Shown piece after piece: positions 40,071-55,524 of a stretch of DNA of 64,000 nucleotides. The number at the start of each line of letters is the position of its first letter. Within the stretch, counting starts at the first letter, position 1. The DNA is from Octopus vulgaris (taxonomy: Eukaryota): NCBI GenBank assembly GCA_951406725.2, contig OX597819.1, positions 51,212,001 through 51,276,000 of the forward strand. Reading direction: 5' to 3'. Below the pieces are notes generated by a model. That model had not been told where the DNA came from and made no database searches. It saw nothing but the letters and a program-made list of their open reading frames with translations. The position numbers were made by a program, and so were the translations under genes.

Positions 40071-40072
<2 letters not shown>
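39670..40072 (+). mobile_element. SINE family B, best-preserved copy (tRNA head, CORE-like motif, internal microsatellite)
   Basis: A-box-like TGGCTGTGTGG, B-box-like GGTTCAGTCCC, CTTGGGCAAGTGTCTT similar to the CORE-SINE motif CCTTGGGCAAGTCACTT, internal (TA)(TG), and a GTAAAAGA repeat tail. Confidence 0.92.
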
Positions 40073-40134
<62 letters not shown>

Positions 40135-40761
40135 TAATTAATATTAATAAATATTAATTTAAAAATCTGAAAATCATAGAGATCTATTTCTTATCCTGTC
40201 AGTCTGTTCCAAACCTTATTCGATGTTTATATTAAGGATCGATATTTTATTTGCAACTGTTTCGATCTATTGCAGGAAAGAAAATAGGCACAGTTTCGAT
40301 TTTTAGTAAAGCTCACCCTTTTCTTCACTCTGTTTCGGGTAAAGGTTTTTCCTTCTTCGATTTCAAAATTCTTGAATATTATTCTTATATAAGAAAATAT
40401 TATGTAAATATATCATCTCACACCCAAATATATTCATTCACATAATATATATCTATTTTATATACACGCATTTATTCATATACGCCGCCTATCTACATAT
40501 TTCATATTTCAAGAATGCTCAATAAAACACACTCACACACATACTTACTCACATATTACACATATTACATACATACATAAATACGTACATACATATACGT
40601 ACATACATATACGTTCATACATACACATACATACATACGCATATATATATATATATATCAATATATATATATGTATATATATATATACATATACATACAT
40701 TTATGTATATATGCATTTACATATACGTGTGCGTGTATGTATGCGTGCGACGTAATATATG

Positions 40762-40816
<55 letters not shown>

Positions 40817-41678
40817 CATATATGTGTGTTGAGTGTAATATATATGTTGGTACACACTATAACTTCTATATCTCTATCTGAATCTCTATCTGTATATAGG
40901 TGAGCTTTGTTTCTTATTTATTTTCATTCTCTCTTCTCAAATAGCTCACCTTTATTTTTCAACGACCAACACCACCGCTGACGGCGCCCTCTACCTGTTT
41001 ACACATGAAAGAAACTATGGATGATGACAACCAATGAAATACAGCATAGCGAAAACTTTTTAAAAATTTATTTATTTATTTATTATAACAGAGATGACAA
41101 TCGCTTTTGATTTGGTGGGAGGTGGGGTGTTTTTTGTTGTTTTTGCGTATTTACGTATTTTTCTTCTTCTGTCGAATGTTTAACTGCTTCATCTAACCTT
41201 CATCAAAGAGATTTTATCTTCAACGTATGGGTATAAATGTGTGTGTGTGTGTGTGTATCTGTGTGTGTGTATCAGGGTGTTTGGGTATGTATGTGTAATC
41301 CGTTCATACCCACCCTCAATGCAATATAACGAAAAATTCAAAGTAAAAGAAACAACAAAAAAAAACAGATGAATGGGGGAAAAAAAGAAAAACAGGATGT
41401 AAGGGGTAACAAAAAGAAAAAAAAAATTAAAGGAAGTGATAAGGGAAGGATATACTGTGCCAAGTTTATGTGTCGCCACATCAAATTTACAACAACAACA
41501 ACAACAACAGCAGCAGCAGCAATAAAAAATATCATAATGATAAATAGATAAAAAAGTAAACAAAACTGAAAGTGAAAGCATAAGAAATGGATCCGTATTC
41601 GAAAAATGAATACAAAAAACGTACAATTGCGCGTGGACGCTAATATATATACATGTACATGTGTACATATATATATAC

Positions 41679-41811
<133 letters not shown>

Positions 41812-42090
41812 TCGTATATATATGTTTATATATGTATATGAACAATAAAAAGCATGCCATATGTATATGTATGCGCATAAATGTTACACATGCATATCAT
41901 ATTCGTTTGATGTGTACATATATAAATATATGATCATAAAAATGAGATATTTTTTTCCTTCATCAATATATACTTAAATGGATAGAAACATATAAGCATG
42001 CGAACATACATACATACATGTAAATATATATATGTGTGTATATACATATATATTCATAAATATATATATGTATATGTATAAAGACATATA

Positions 42091-42160
<70 letters not shown>

Positions 42161-42497
42161 AGTTACATTTTCGCACACCCTCAAACACAAAGGCACGAGC
42201 ATATAGTAAAAAAAATCAATACATCTGAATAGTCCCCTATGCACCCACATACATATATAAATTGTCATAGATATATATTTTGTTTTTAAATAAGAGAATA
42301 TATATATTTGCTCAAATCTGCAGCTGTACTGATGCTGCCATTACCCAATGGTACATACTTTAATAAATATATAAAGTTACACATAAGTAATACGTGTACT
42401 AAAGTACAGACTGCTGCAAACTCGACCAGACAAAAACTTACGTAATAAATAAGAAAGGTTGCTTATGCTGTGTATTTCGAGAAAATATGTGCTCGTG

Positions 42498-42601
<104 letters not shown>

Positions 42602-42674
42602 CCTAGCTAGCTAACTAGCCATCTAGCCATCCATCCATCCATCCATCTATCTATCTATCTATCTATCTATATGT

Positions 42675-42753
<79 letters not shown>

Positions 42754-43802
42754 ATATATGAATATATTTAAATACATATGTATATATGTATATATATATG
42801 TATGTATACATACATATCTATATATCTATCTATATATATATATATATATATGCATATATAAATATGTACATATACGCACATGCATATATATATATATATA
42901 CTTACATATATGCATATATATATGTATACATATATGTATATATCATATATATTATATATATGCAAATAAATCAGTATATATATTGCATGTTTGCACGCAT
43001 ACACACACACAAGTACGCACACCCACCCATATATACATATATGCATACATACATACATACATGCAATATATATATACTTACACACGCACACATATATATA
43101 GTATATAGTATGTGTGTGTGTGTATGAATATATATATGTATATATGGGAAGAGAATTGCGTGTACATGTAAATACACATACCCACAGATGGACACACGGG
43201 TGTGTACACACTGACGTCTTGCATACACATGCGTGCACATTCTTTGAGTTGTATGTATATATGTATATGTTACGAAACTATGAATTTTATGCATGTATAT
43301 AAAATTTTGCTGTTAGAATTTTGAATTCCTATTATTTTCTTATTCTTTTTTCCATTTTTTTTGTTCTTTTTTTGTTTTTTTTTGTTTCTAAAAATCACGA
43401 TATTTTACGATCGCAAAAGCTGATTGTGTCAAAAGATGTGAATAGTACTGCCCTTAGGTCTGTTTATATAACTACGCAATGTAAATAAATACGTCACAAA
43501 AAAAAAAAAACAGACGGGAAACGTAATATAAAAGATGAAGCTGATCGCCATATCAGGAATTATTTGAACGATTAACGTGTGCGATAAAGGCTGTGACGTA
43601 TACTGCTCACTCGTTCACGCATGCACACAGAGACATGCACTTGCACACAATATGCATCCAATATATATGTATATATACATCTGTGTGGTGTGTGTATATA
43701 TGCACATATATATCTATATATATATAGATGTATGTATGTTTATATGTACATGTGTATATCTATATACATGTATATATTTATACATACATATATATATATA
43801 TG

Positions 43803-43863
<61 letters not shown>

Positions 43864-43987
43864 GTATATGTATATATATAAAAATTGATATATGTGCGGA
43901 AAAGAACTTTGACACCCAAATATGTATAATGAAATATGGCTCTCTGGCAAACTCGATTCCCTAAACAGCAAAGTTGGGGGAAGCAGC

Positions 43988-44109
<122 letters not shown>

Positions 44110-45091
44110 ACATCAGCAATAACAACAACAATAATAGTATATTTATATATGTAAGTTAAAGGGGCTGTCATAGTAACCCCTTCCCCACGTGTGTGAAAAA
44201 AATATAAGCGTAGAAAAACAACAGCAACAGCGACAAACTCAAACAGAATCTATATGCTGATAATATATTTCCTTGAAATATGAAAGTCTCACAAAAGACT
44301 TGAAAGGAAACTGACATACAATATAGTATTAAAAAATATACATATCGAAATGAGAGAATTTTTGAGTTTTCCAGCGTTTTTTTACCCCCTGGAAAACTTG
44401 GAAATATATATCAATATTTTATTTCTTTATTTATGTATTTTAGATTCTTTAATCCATTTTCTTAGACTTTCTTTCTTTCTTTTTTTTTGCCGCTCAAACT
44501 TTATTTCTGTTTTTTTTTTTGTTTATATGTAATTTTTTTTTTTCTTTTTTGCTTTGTCTATTTATATATTTTATTATATTTCTCCCATTTCATGTTTAAT
44601 GGGTGGAAATTGCAGCATGGTGAGTCGATATGTAAGTGTGGTTTGCTGAGCGGGTAGCGTAGCGGAGAACAGGAGACAGGTTTGGGGTTCGTATTTAAAC
44701 ATCAGCACTGTATTATCTATGGATAAGTCCCTCTAGTTATCAATATTTACCCGCAGATTAAGCAGTAAGAATAATTCTATTCTAAACAGCAACATAATTG
44801 TACACTTGACCATCAGGTTGCTCATATTTTACCCCATGAACTTTAAGGAGCCTTCAGGGAATTCTTTACTTGAAATCCCTGCATAAAATCAAAATTCTAC
44901 TTTTGGTTCTCCAGCATTCAACTGAATTAAAGAAATCTAATGACACTTAGATAAACCAAGATAGCGCCAATATATTGAACACTGCCAATTATTCAATCGT
45001 GGAAATCTCATAAAGCAAGGTAAAATCTCAGAGAACCCAGCATGCGATACAACAATTAGCTATTACTCCTAATACGGTCTCCTATATATCT

Positions 45092-45483
45092 TACTTGTAC
45101 TTGTACTTGTGGCGACATTCACCCTGGGCGGGTTGAGTCGGCTTCTTCTATCACCCTCGAGCCATCTCGAACCATGGCAGCAGAAGTTTCGCGGCAATAT
45201 GGATTTCACAAGCGGTCCCCAACAATCCCGCATGTAGAGACATCCTGTTTGTCGCAGATTTTCCGCAGACGCAGAGGTAGAACGACCGAGGAGACGCCGG
45301 TTGCCGAAACATACACTCCGAGGATTTTCACCAGAGCCCCGTCTGCTGGGTTTTGTGCCCTAATACCACTCGGTGTCAGACCAATCCGCCTTGGGTGGCC
45401 CTACCAGGAACCGAAGTTCCCGACGGCATAACTTTGACGCTACCCGTTGACAGCGTCCCCGCCACGGTGAGGAGGTGATGGAC
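45092..45483 (-). mobile_element. Bipartite non-autonomous RTE element (5' UTR fused to 3' end)
   Basis: Minus 5' part CACCGTGGCGGGG...TATGCCGTCGGGAAC..TTCCTGGTAGGGCCACCCAAGGCGGA resembles RTE/BovB 5' UTRs; the 3' end has an (ACAAGT)n tail; GC-rich relative to its flanks. Confidence 0.7.
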
Positions 45484-45832
45484 TATCACCTCCATCTAGA
45501 TGTTAGATGCCTTCAATGGAGCTTATTCATGCTATATGCTGAACTCATTCACACGATTTCCAAGATTTCTTGCTGAAAATATTCATGTGTGAAACAATAG
45601 ATACTCTACTTAGACATCAACTACATTTGACTTCTCAGTCTGGCAGGGCCAGAAACTACGAACATTTTCCTTTTTCCTTTGACTAAATAATAAGGACTAA
45701 AGCAAGTCCTTTTCTCATTTTACTTGCTGTTTGTAGATACGACACCTGGCTATACAGAATAGCTTGAGAGAAAAATTACCTCCGTCAAACTAACGTAGCC
45801 TTGATACACTACGTGCAGGGGAATCTTTGAAG

Positions 45833-46284
45833 CTTACTCTTTACTCTTTTACTCTTTTACTTGTTTCAGTCATTTGACTACGGCCATGCTGGAGCACCGC
45901 CTTTTAGTCGAGCAAATCGACCCCAGGACTTAGTTTTTTTAAGCCTAGTACTTATTCTATCGGTCTCTTTTGCCGACCCGCTAAGTTACGAGGACGTAAA
46001 CACACCAGCATCGGTTGTCAAGCGATGTTGTGGGGACAAACACGCACACACAAACATATACACACACATACATATATATATATATATACATATATACGAA
46101 GGGTTTCTTTTCAGTTTCCGGCTATGAAATCCACTCACAAGGCTTTGGTCGGCCCGAGGCTATAATAGAGGATATAATAGAAGACCCGAGGCTAAAATAG
46201 AAGACACTTGCCTAAGGTGCCACGCAATGGGACTGAACCCGGAACCATGTGATTAGTAAGCAAGCTACTTACCACACAGCCACT
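45833..46284 (-). mobile_element. SINE family B
   Basis: Reverse complement of the 39670 consensus; small internal duplication of CCCGAGGCTA.AATAGA. Confidence 0.92.
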
Positions 46285-46342
46285 TACGGTAGTTAAAATT
46301 TCATTCTTCGATTAGAAAGTAAAATATATTCAGGGCATCGTT

Positions 46343-47178
<836 letters not shown>

Positions 47179-47193
47179 TAAATATACATACGT

Positions 47194-47256
<63 letters not shown>

Positions 47257-47514
47257 TATGAAAAATTGCGAAACTGAAACTTAATCTGCTGCCTGGTTTA
47301 AAGCATCACCTGCCATTGTGAGTTCCTCTAACAGGGCGCCCTCTGTTTCAAGTATTAAGACCAGGTCTCTTGTGTGAAACTATTATGCACCCTTCCGTTT
47401 TCTAGTTTCGGAAACCATGTAATGGGACATGATTTCTGCCTTTCCTCCGAAAATACAAAAAGAAAAAACAGCAAGATTTTACGAAGAATTAAGAATTTTA
47501 AAAACAACAAACCC

Positions 47515-47730
47515 CGGCGCCGAGCTGACAGAATCGTTAGCTCATCGAGTGAAAATTGCTTAACAGCATTTCGTTCGTCTTTACTTTCTATGTCCAGACT
47601 CCGCCGAAGTCGACTTTGTCTTTTACCCTTTCGATGTCGGTAAAATAAGTAGCAGTTAATCACTGGGTTGGTTTAATCAACTTACGCCTCCCCCGAAATT
47701 TCTGGCCTTGTGCAAAACTTTGAAAATAAT
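47515..47730 (+). mobile_element. SINE family A, tail variant 2
   Basis: GCCGAGCTGACAGAATCGTTAGC...GTCGACTTTGTCTTT...GGCCTTGTGC. Confidence 0.8.
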
Positions 47731-48300
47731 AATAGTATATTTCAAATGAGAAATAATCCCATACTCGTAAGTTTAGATACAAGCGACTGTTGACATACAG
47801 TTTGTCCTGGAAGTGATTCTACATCAATATTGAACGACATTTAACTGTAACACATAGACGATAGGCAAAGAGAAAAAAGCTTAAGCATGTTCTGGGACAC
47901 AAATATACGTATATTGACTTTTTGAGGCAAATTAATCCGTGAATGTGTTTATTCTGGTCGAAATCGGACGACCACAGGTGGTAAAGTTTTTTATATTCAA
48001 AGATTTTTTTTCTAATTCAAGTAACTCATATTTGTGGTATGAACTCAATAAGTATTAGCAAATTATCATCGAAGTTGTTGGAATGATACACATGTTTTAT
48101 GCGATGACACGTACATACAGCGGGGTTGGACAAAAATTATGGAAACACCATAAAATTTCAAACAAATCTATTTTTATATTGGGCAGGACCGTCTTTGGCA
48201 GTAATTACAGCTTGAATTCTATGAGTTATGGACTCGTACGAAGTTTGAATTGTTTCCAAAGGAATTTTTGTCCATTCTCCAGTTAAAACAGTCTCCAGTT

Positions 48301-49766
48301 TTTAGTTAGTTAGTTAGTTAGTTAATTTGGCTCAAAAGCAAATAGCAAGGCCATGTAGGGGGACATGGAGTTAAGTACAGGGTGGTGTTCATGTAAAGAG
48401 TTCAGGTCACTTGAGGTCAAGGGAGGCTTTGAACAAAGCGGTCGTCGGCATCTTCACCATCTCGTCTGGCAGCTTGTTCCACGGATCCGCAACCCGGACG
48501 GAGAAAGCTCCTCTCCTTCGATTGAGATGAAATCGTCGCAGGTAGAGCTTTTCGGAATGACCCCGCATCCGACGCTCTGGAGCAGGAGTGAAGAACAGCT
48601 CTTTCGAGAGGTTACACTTTCCGCTTATGATGTTGTGGGCGAGAATGAGATCTCCACGGCGGCGGCGTTTTTCAAGAGAATAAAGGTCGAGCGTCCTCAG
48701 CCTTTCTTCATAGGACAAATTTTTGAGACCATGAACCATGCGGGTAGCCAGCTTCTGGACTCTTTCGAAATGCTGTATGTCTTTGAGGAGATAAGGAGAA
48801 GAGGCTTGAATCCCGTACTCCAATATGGGTCTCACCAGCGTGACATAGAGTGGTAGGAATATGGCTGCTGTGAGCATTCCGAATGACCGTCGAATCAAGA
48901 ACAGAATTCCGCGTGCTTTGTTGGCAGCATGGACGCACTGGGCCGAAGGCGAAAAGGAGGAATCCACCAAGATACCCAGGCCCTTTATCTGATCGGTCCT
49001 CTCCAGCAGCAGACGACCCGGCTCGAAATCAAGTTGAGTTGCAGGAGGAGAGCCAACAGGCAGATGACAGCACTTTGACACGTTCAGACACAGGTCCCAT
49101 TCGTTAGACCACTTCCAAATTTGGTGGGGGCATCGACGAAGATCCTCTATATCACCGCGAGGAGCGACCAGTTTGATATCGTCGGCAAATAGAAGGGTGT
49201 GTTGTGTGAGGTCGTCGGGCAAGTCATTTATGAAGACTAAGAACAATAAGGGCCCAAGCACTGAACCTTGAGGCACGCCACTGCTCGCACTGGAGACGTC
49301 GGACCGCGAACCATTAACTTGAACTTGGAAGGAGCGATCTGAGAGGAAGGCACCAACCCAACGTACAATATCCGGATGGAAACTATATGCTTGAAGCTTG
49401 ACAAGTAATAGGCGGTGGTTTACCGAGTCAAAAGCTTTGGCAAAGTCCAATAAAACGATGTCAACAGCATCACTATCATCGAGGATGCGCGTCACTAATT
49501 CTTCCATTACCAGTAAGTTGGTCAAGCATGATCTCTTCGGCACGAAGCCGTGTTGGGAATCAGAGATAGAGGCTGTGTTTTGGAGGTGGAGCATCATACT
49601 TTTCTTAAGGATGGTTTCGAACATCTTGCTGATTATTGATGTAAGGGAAACCGGTCGGTAGTTAAGCGGGTCTTCGCGGCTCCCTTTCTTGAAAATTGGG
49701 CAGATTATCGCTGTTCTCCAATCCGCACGTATAACACCCGTCGCCAATGACATATTGAATAGACGT
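48301..49766 (-). mobile_element. 5'-truncated CR1-clade LINE
   Basis: RT ORF below, 3' UTR and (AACT)n tail at 48302-48323; the Tc1 sequence resumes at 49767 with a ~3 nt duplication (GTT). Confidence 0.92.
48407..49766 (-). CDS. CR1-type reverse transcriptase (uninterrupted frame, no endonuclease or start)
   Basis: PIFKKG..NYRPVSLTS, QHGF..RSCLTNL, LDFAKAFDSV, SGVPQGSVLGPLLF, LFADDIKL, LERRR-like LEKRRRRGDLI, WNKLP. The first ~20 aa of the 473 aa track ORF come from the flanking Tc1. Confidence 0.9.
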
Positions 49767-51867
49767 GTTCTTGTATTGTTGATGGTGGAGGATATCAACT
49801 CCTTATTTTTTTTTGTAAAATGCACCATAAATGTTCAATAATATTGAGATCTGGGAACTGTGGTGGCCAGATAAGATGTTCAACTTCACTAGAATGTTCC
49901 TCGTGCCTTTCAGTAGCAAATTTAGCTGTGTCAATTGGTGCATTATCATTCTGAAAGATTACGTTTCCCTCCGGAAACAGTTCCGCAACCATAGGATGAA
50001 TTTGATCAGATAAAATGCTTAATTGGTCTAGACCATTAATTCTGCCAAGAAGGGAAACCATTGGGCCGGCGGATTTCCACGATAAAGTCCCCCCACTTCA
50101 GCTCATCACATCCTCCTCCATGTTTAAACGTTGGAAGAAAGCAGTTTGGGTCAAATTCTTCTTTTGGCTGTCTCCACACGTATATTCGGCCGGTGATCGG
50201 AAATAAGGTAAGGGATGACTCGTCCAAGGAAATAACATTCTTCCATTGTTCTAGGAACCAATTCTATTGGTTTTTACTCCACTCTAAACACTTTGCAACG
50301 TTTGTGTTTTGAAAGTAGTGGTTTTCTGATTGCAGCCCTCCCGTGAAATTCGACTTTGTGCAGCTCCCGGCGAACAGTTTTTATGCAAACTGGGTTCTCG
50401 GGGTGGTCATTAAGCTCTGCAGTTATTTTGGGAGCTGTACTTATGTCATCCTTTCTCTAACAATTCGCGTAAGAGTCCGACGGTCCCTATCTGAAAGTTT
50501 TGGTTGTCTTCCGGAGTTTTGTTTCGAGGAAGAGGCTTTTCCCTCTTTGTCAAAGGCTGTCATTACTTTGGAGATAGTACTTCTTGATACACTAAACATT
50601 TCGACTGTTTTCGTTACGCTAGCGCCTGCCATACGAGCACCAACAATTTGGCCTCATTGAAAGTCCGATAGATCTGTCATTTTAATGAATTTAAATTTAT
50701 GATATCTGGAAAGAAACAGCAATTTTAGCAAAACATATTAAGTAACACTAATAGATATTTATAGAAATTTTAAAATTATGATGCTCTGATTCTAGGTGTT
50801 TCCATTATTTTGTCCAATCCTTGAATGTGTTCTTGCCCAGACTAAAGGCTCAAGAATACACAACGATTTATTAGTCGTGTTCTTCAGATAGCAAACAACT
50901 CAAAGAAATCTATATATGCCAAACTAAAGAATTTTGGAATACGAAAATAGAAGAAATACCAGAAAAATAATCATGAATTGTAACAGAAAATGTATAAGAC
51001 GAACAGCTGTCTAGAACGTAACTAAAATAAAGTGGTGTATAAAATTCAATAAAGAAAAAAATTATCTATATATAAAACGTTTTGCTTCCCTCTTGCGAAA
51101 TACCTTTGAAGATTTTGACAAAAAATTTGATTAGGAAGGAAATCTCTAAATATCTAAAGGACATTTTTCAGTACTTGAAGTAACTTCAAATAAATTTGAC
51201 CTCTAATAATATAATATATTTAACCTGTAGGCAGAATAAACATGCTGAGAAGCCAACATTTCGGAATAGGCTCATTCTTAGAATGGAACAATTTGAGAAG
51301 TGATAACAACGTAACTTTCTCATAGGCACACGTGCAACATAATCTAGATCCTTCATATAGGATTTAGGAAATTCGATAACTGACCACAGTATACTTAAGT
51401 TTGTGGTACATTCCCTTTTCGGTTTCTATATGTTCTCTGGTAGAGAAGTAATGATAATTTACTCCAGGTAATTCGAAGAATTCGTATGCTGTATATACCT
51501 GCTTTTTAAAGATCAAGCAAAATTAAGTATATCGTTATACACTTGTGTGCTAAATCCACTTTCGTACAACATACCAACAATGCCATTCGTGTCAGCACAA
51601 ATGAGTTGGCTCTGATTATACATCGAAAAGCTGCTTCGATCATAGGTTAAAAATGCACCGAATTTTTACAAACACCGAATTTCCTGTTCACTTCCCTAGA
51701 AGAACTATTGTTCTCATATAGAAACGGTAAATAATAAAAGAGTTACCGTGGCAAAGTTCTTTCTGTGAGTTAAATATAAATGTTTACAGTTTATTTTAGT
51801 TATCGGAGCTTAGTGTGTGCGTTTAATTAATTCCAGCTCTACAAAGCTTCGCACACACCAGCTCATA

Positions 51868-51925
<58 letters not shown>

Positions 51926-51971
51926 ATTATTATCATTATTATTATTATTATTATTATTATTACCGATACAG

Positions 51972-52180
51972 AAGGTGGGGAACTGGCAGAAGCGCTAGCA
52001 CGCCGCACAAAACTCTTAGTACCAATTTTTCCGGCTTTACTTTTTGAATTCCGACGATGTCAACTTTGCCTTTCATCCTTCGGGCTCGAAAAATATTAGT
52101 CGACCGCTGAGGTTGATGTAATCAACTAGCCCCGCCTCCGAAAATTTCAGACCTTGTGTCTATAGCATACAGGATTCTTA
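51972..52180 (+). mobile_element. SINE family A, tail variant 2
   Basis: GGAACTGGCAGAAGCGCTAGCACGCCG...GTCAACTTTGCCTTTCATCCTTCGGG. Confidence 0.8.
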
Positions 52181-52990
52181 TTTGTGCCCTACAATTTCAC
52201 TTCCTGCAAAAGGAAGATCCTTGGTACTCATGAAACTCCACTTATCTTAGAAAATGCCAAGGAGAGAATGCTATGGCACTTTAGCATATACACAGACTAC
52301 CAGACAGGTGGTAAGTAATCTGACATAGCTCCTTTGCAAAAGGATCACAGTAACATTGACATACAATTGTAAAATGAAGAAATATCTGAAAATTTAAATA
52401 ATTAAAACGACCTGATTAATGGCAGGTAAGAAACTTGTATATATATATATATATATATAAGTCAATCAGTAATTAGTACAACTGAAAATTATACAGAACC
52501 TGTTTTATAAGTTAATTAACAGATTATCTACGAGGATAGATAAAGCCTTCTCACAAATCCTTTGTTAACCTTGAAAATTATTGCTAAAAATTGAATAGTT
52601 TTCATAAAGCTTGTTTGCCAAGATGTACCTAATTCTTATTTGAAGAAACAAAGCCGCATGATGTATTTGTCAAACTAAGAATTATAAAAGATGATAATAT
52701 TTTCTCTTTATTCTGGCAAAAGACAAATACGCAAACACGAATGCTAATATGGTAATATATTTGGCTAATACATTTAAAATACAATATGCTATATGAGAAA
52801 TGCGAAAATACAAATCGAATGCATACATATACAATATATATACATATAATACATTATATACACATAATCTATAATATATTATATTTAGATAAGTTTATAT
52901 ATATATATATACACAAGTATGTGCATGAGTTTCTATATGTGCGATTGCATGCTGTATGATAAATAAATGTTTGATAATTATTTTCATTTT

Positions 52991-53046
<56 letters not shown>

Positions 53047-53286
53047 CGACGACGACGATAACGATGATGATGATGATGACAGGATTCTCCCCTCACCTCC
53101 TTTTCATCATTACCATGTTCACTAGCTTGTTTAGAAATATTTAGAATGCTCGTATCATGTTTTATATAAAGGCAATATAACATCTCTAACTTTATTAAAT
53201 AATTCTAGAAAGTGTTAATTTCGAGAAAATAAAATTCAGACGGAATTGCAACAAATCAAAAATAATAACAGCGATAACAATAATAT

Positions 53287-53359
<73 letters not shown>

Positions 53360-53611
53360 TTCTAAAAGAAAGCGAACGATGAGAAATAAATGCTGATAAA
53401 ACAAAAATCTCAAGAAAACATTTTAATGATAATATATTTCGGGAAATATATATATTCATGTGTATATTAATAAAGGATTTTTTTCCATGACTAGCACGTA
53501 ATTTATTCATCTTATCTAACACTTCTTTCTACAAAACAACAACAATAATGCACATTTACATGCACGCACACAAGCACACACATGTAGATATATATGCACG
53601 TAGAGATATAT

Positions 53612-53757
<146 letters not shown>

Positions 53758-53952
53758 TAACCATTATACTGTCACATGAACGATTATGTGTGCGTATATT
53801 AAAATACTGACACACATAAATACATATATGTAAATAAACAAAAAAGATTATATGCAAATACATACATATATATGCACATTTATATATTTATTTATACGTG
53901 TGTGTGTGTGTATGTAGTATACATACGTATATATACCTACACATATACACAC

Positions 53953-54010
<58 letters not shown>

Positions 54011-54136
54011 CGTCCTCGCGTTGTGTTTTTTTGTGCTTTCTTGTTTGGATTAACTATATATATATATATATATACGTGTATTTATTTGTGTGCATTTGTG
54101 TGTGTATATCTATTTACAGTGACGTCCCTAATCGCC

Positions 54137-54175
<39 letters not shown>

Positions 54176-54539
54176 AAAGAATATGCGCATGCTCGTGTGT
54201 GTATATGTGTGTATGCGTGTGTGAGTGTGTTTATGAATTCCTGGAAATGTAATTTCCACGTGCACCTTGCACATATTTATCAATATGAAGAATTATACGT
54301 TCAAAGAAGTTTAAATTTTATAGTGTAATTAGAAATTTTGTAGAGTACCATATATTTAATATAGTCTGGTGTGTGTATGTTGTGTGTGTAAAAAAAGGGT
54401 TAAAGATACATGCATTACAACACATTCGCAATTATTTGAAATTACGTTTATCTATGTGTGAGGATACATAAATAAGCGCCTGTTCTAGAATATACATACA
54501 CACACATGTATGCGAATATATATAAAAATTCATTCACAA

Positions 54540-54580
<41 letters not shown>

Positions 54581-54939
54581 TATATATATATGTATGTATG
54601 TATATATGCATTATGTATGTATTCATGTGTGAGTGTATATGTATCAATATATGTATATATTGATATTATATAGGATATATGTGTATTACCTTTACACAGG
54701 TAATTCATTTCCATTAAAACAAACGACAGTAGTTTCATGATTAAAACAAAGAACATAAATTAAAACTTCAATGATATTTATTTTTGTCGAGGAAATTCAA
54801 CCTTAATAGATACAATAAATTTTGGAAGTCGTAAAGCTGTTTTACGAACATGCTGTATATTCTGTATTTACAAAGATACGTGTGTGCGTGTTTGTTTATT
54901 TGTGTGTATGAGTATGTGAGTCTGTGTGTGCGTATTTGT

Positions 54940-55205
54940 TGCCAGTAACTCTCATGAGATTGCTCTGGTAACATGGAATCTATTACTGTTTGGTGCCTGG
55001 ACGGGTCGTCGACGAGTAAACCGACACCTAGGCTAGGTCTTCCTTGGTAGGACGGGTTGGGACAACCCCAGCAGGGACACAAGATCTGTCAAAAGGACGG
55101 ATTAACTTAATATAGGTTCAACGATTATCTAGCAACACATGGGTCCTCAGAAATTCCAGGTCAGTGTCCGGCGTGCAGGAAGACCACTGGGAGTGAAACC
55201 CCACT
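54940..55205. mobile_element. GC-rich probable retroelement UTR fragment (RTE-like)
   Basis: Abrupt GC rise and GACGGGTTGGGACAACCC, reminiscent of RTE 5' UTR motifs; family not established. Confidence 0.3.
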
Positions 55206-55524
55206 CTGGGACTGAACCCAGAACAGTGTGGCTGCGAAGCACAACCACGTCTGTGCATCTATTTTTAACATGTTCCAGCAAAATAGAATGATAATTGCAC
55301 GGACATGAGAATATTGTCTTTGAGAATAAATTCCTCACTATAGACTTTGTGTTTGCTGAAGCTGAATTAATTCTAACTTAGTATCTCCCAGCATATACAA
55401 GTAAATATTTTGTTTATTGTTTACAATATAAGAATAGAAGTTCCCGTATCGTGCCGATAAGTCGCGATTGTAACTATCACTGAGGAGTTGAATTCACGTC
55501 GAAACACTGGGTGTTGTAATCATT

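Larger units (their letters stand above)
48118..50823 (-). mobile_element. Tc1 (DD34E) transposon, full length, frameshifted and interrupted by CR1
   Basis: TIRs CAGCGGGGTTGGACAAAAATTATGGAAACACC / GGTGTTTCCATTATTTTGTCCAATCCTTG. ORF pieces include the HTH (VSRSTISKV..SGRQPKLSDRDRR), DESSLTLF..KHGG, FQNDNAP and WPPQFPDLNIIEHLW. The C-terminus (LETVLTGEWTKIP..RIQAVITAKDGPAQY) lies at ~48175-48300. Confidence 0.93.

Noticed and set aside
48365-49661. Plus-strand ORFs of 163, 74 and 87 aa, and the antisense ORFs over the Dong and RTE elements
   Set aside because: Shadow ORFs opposite LINE coding frames.
49767-49828. N-terminus of the 473 aa ORF read as a Tc1-CR1 fusion protein
   Set aside because: Out-of-frame Tc1 sequence that happens to be open into the truncated RT; no evidence of expression.
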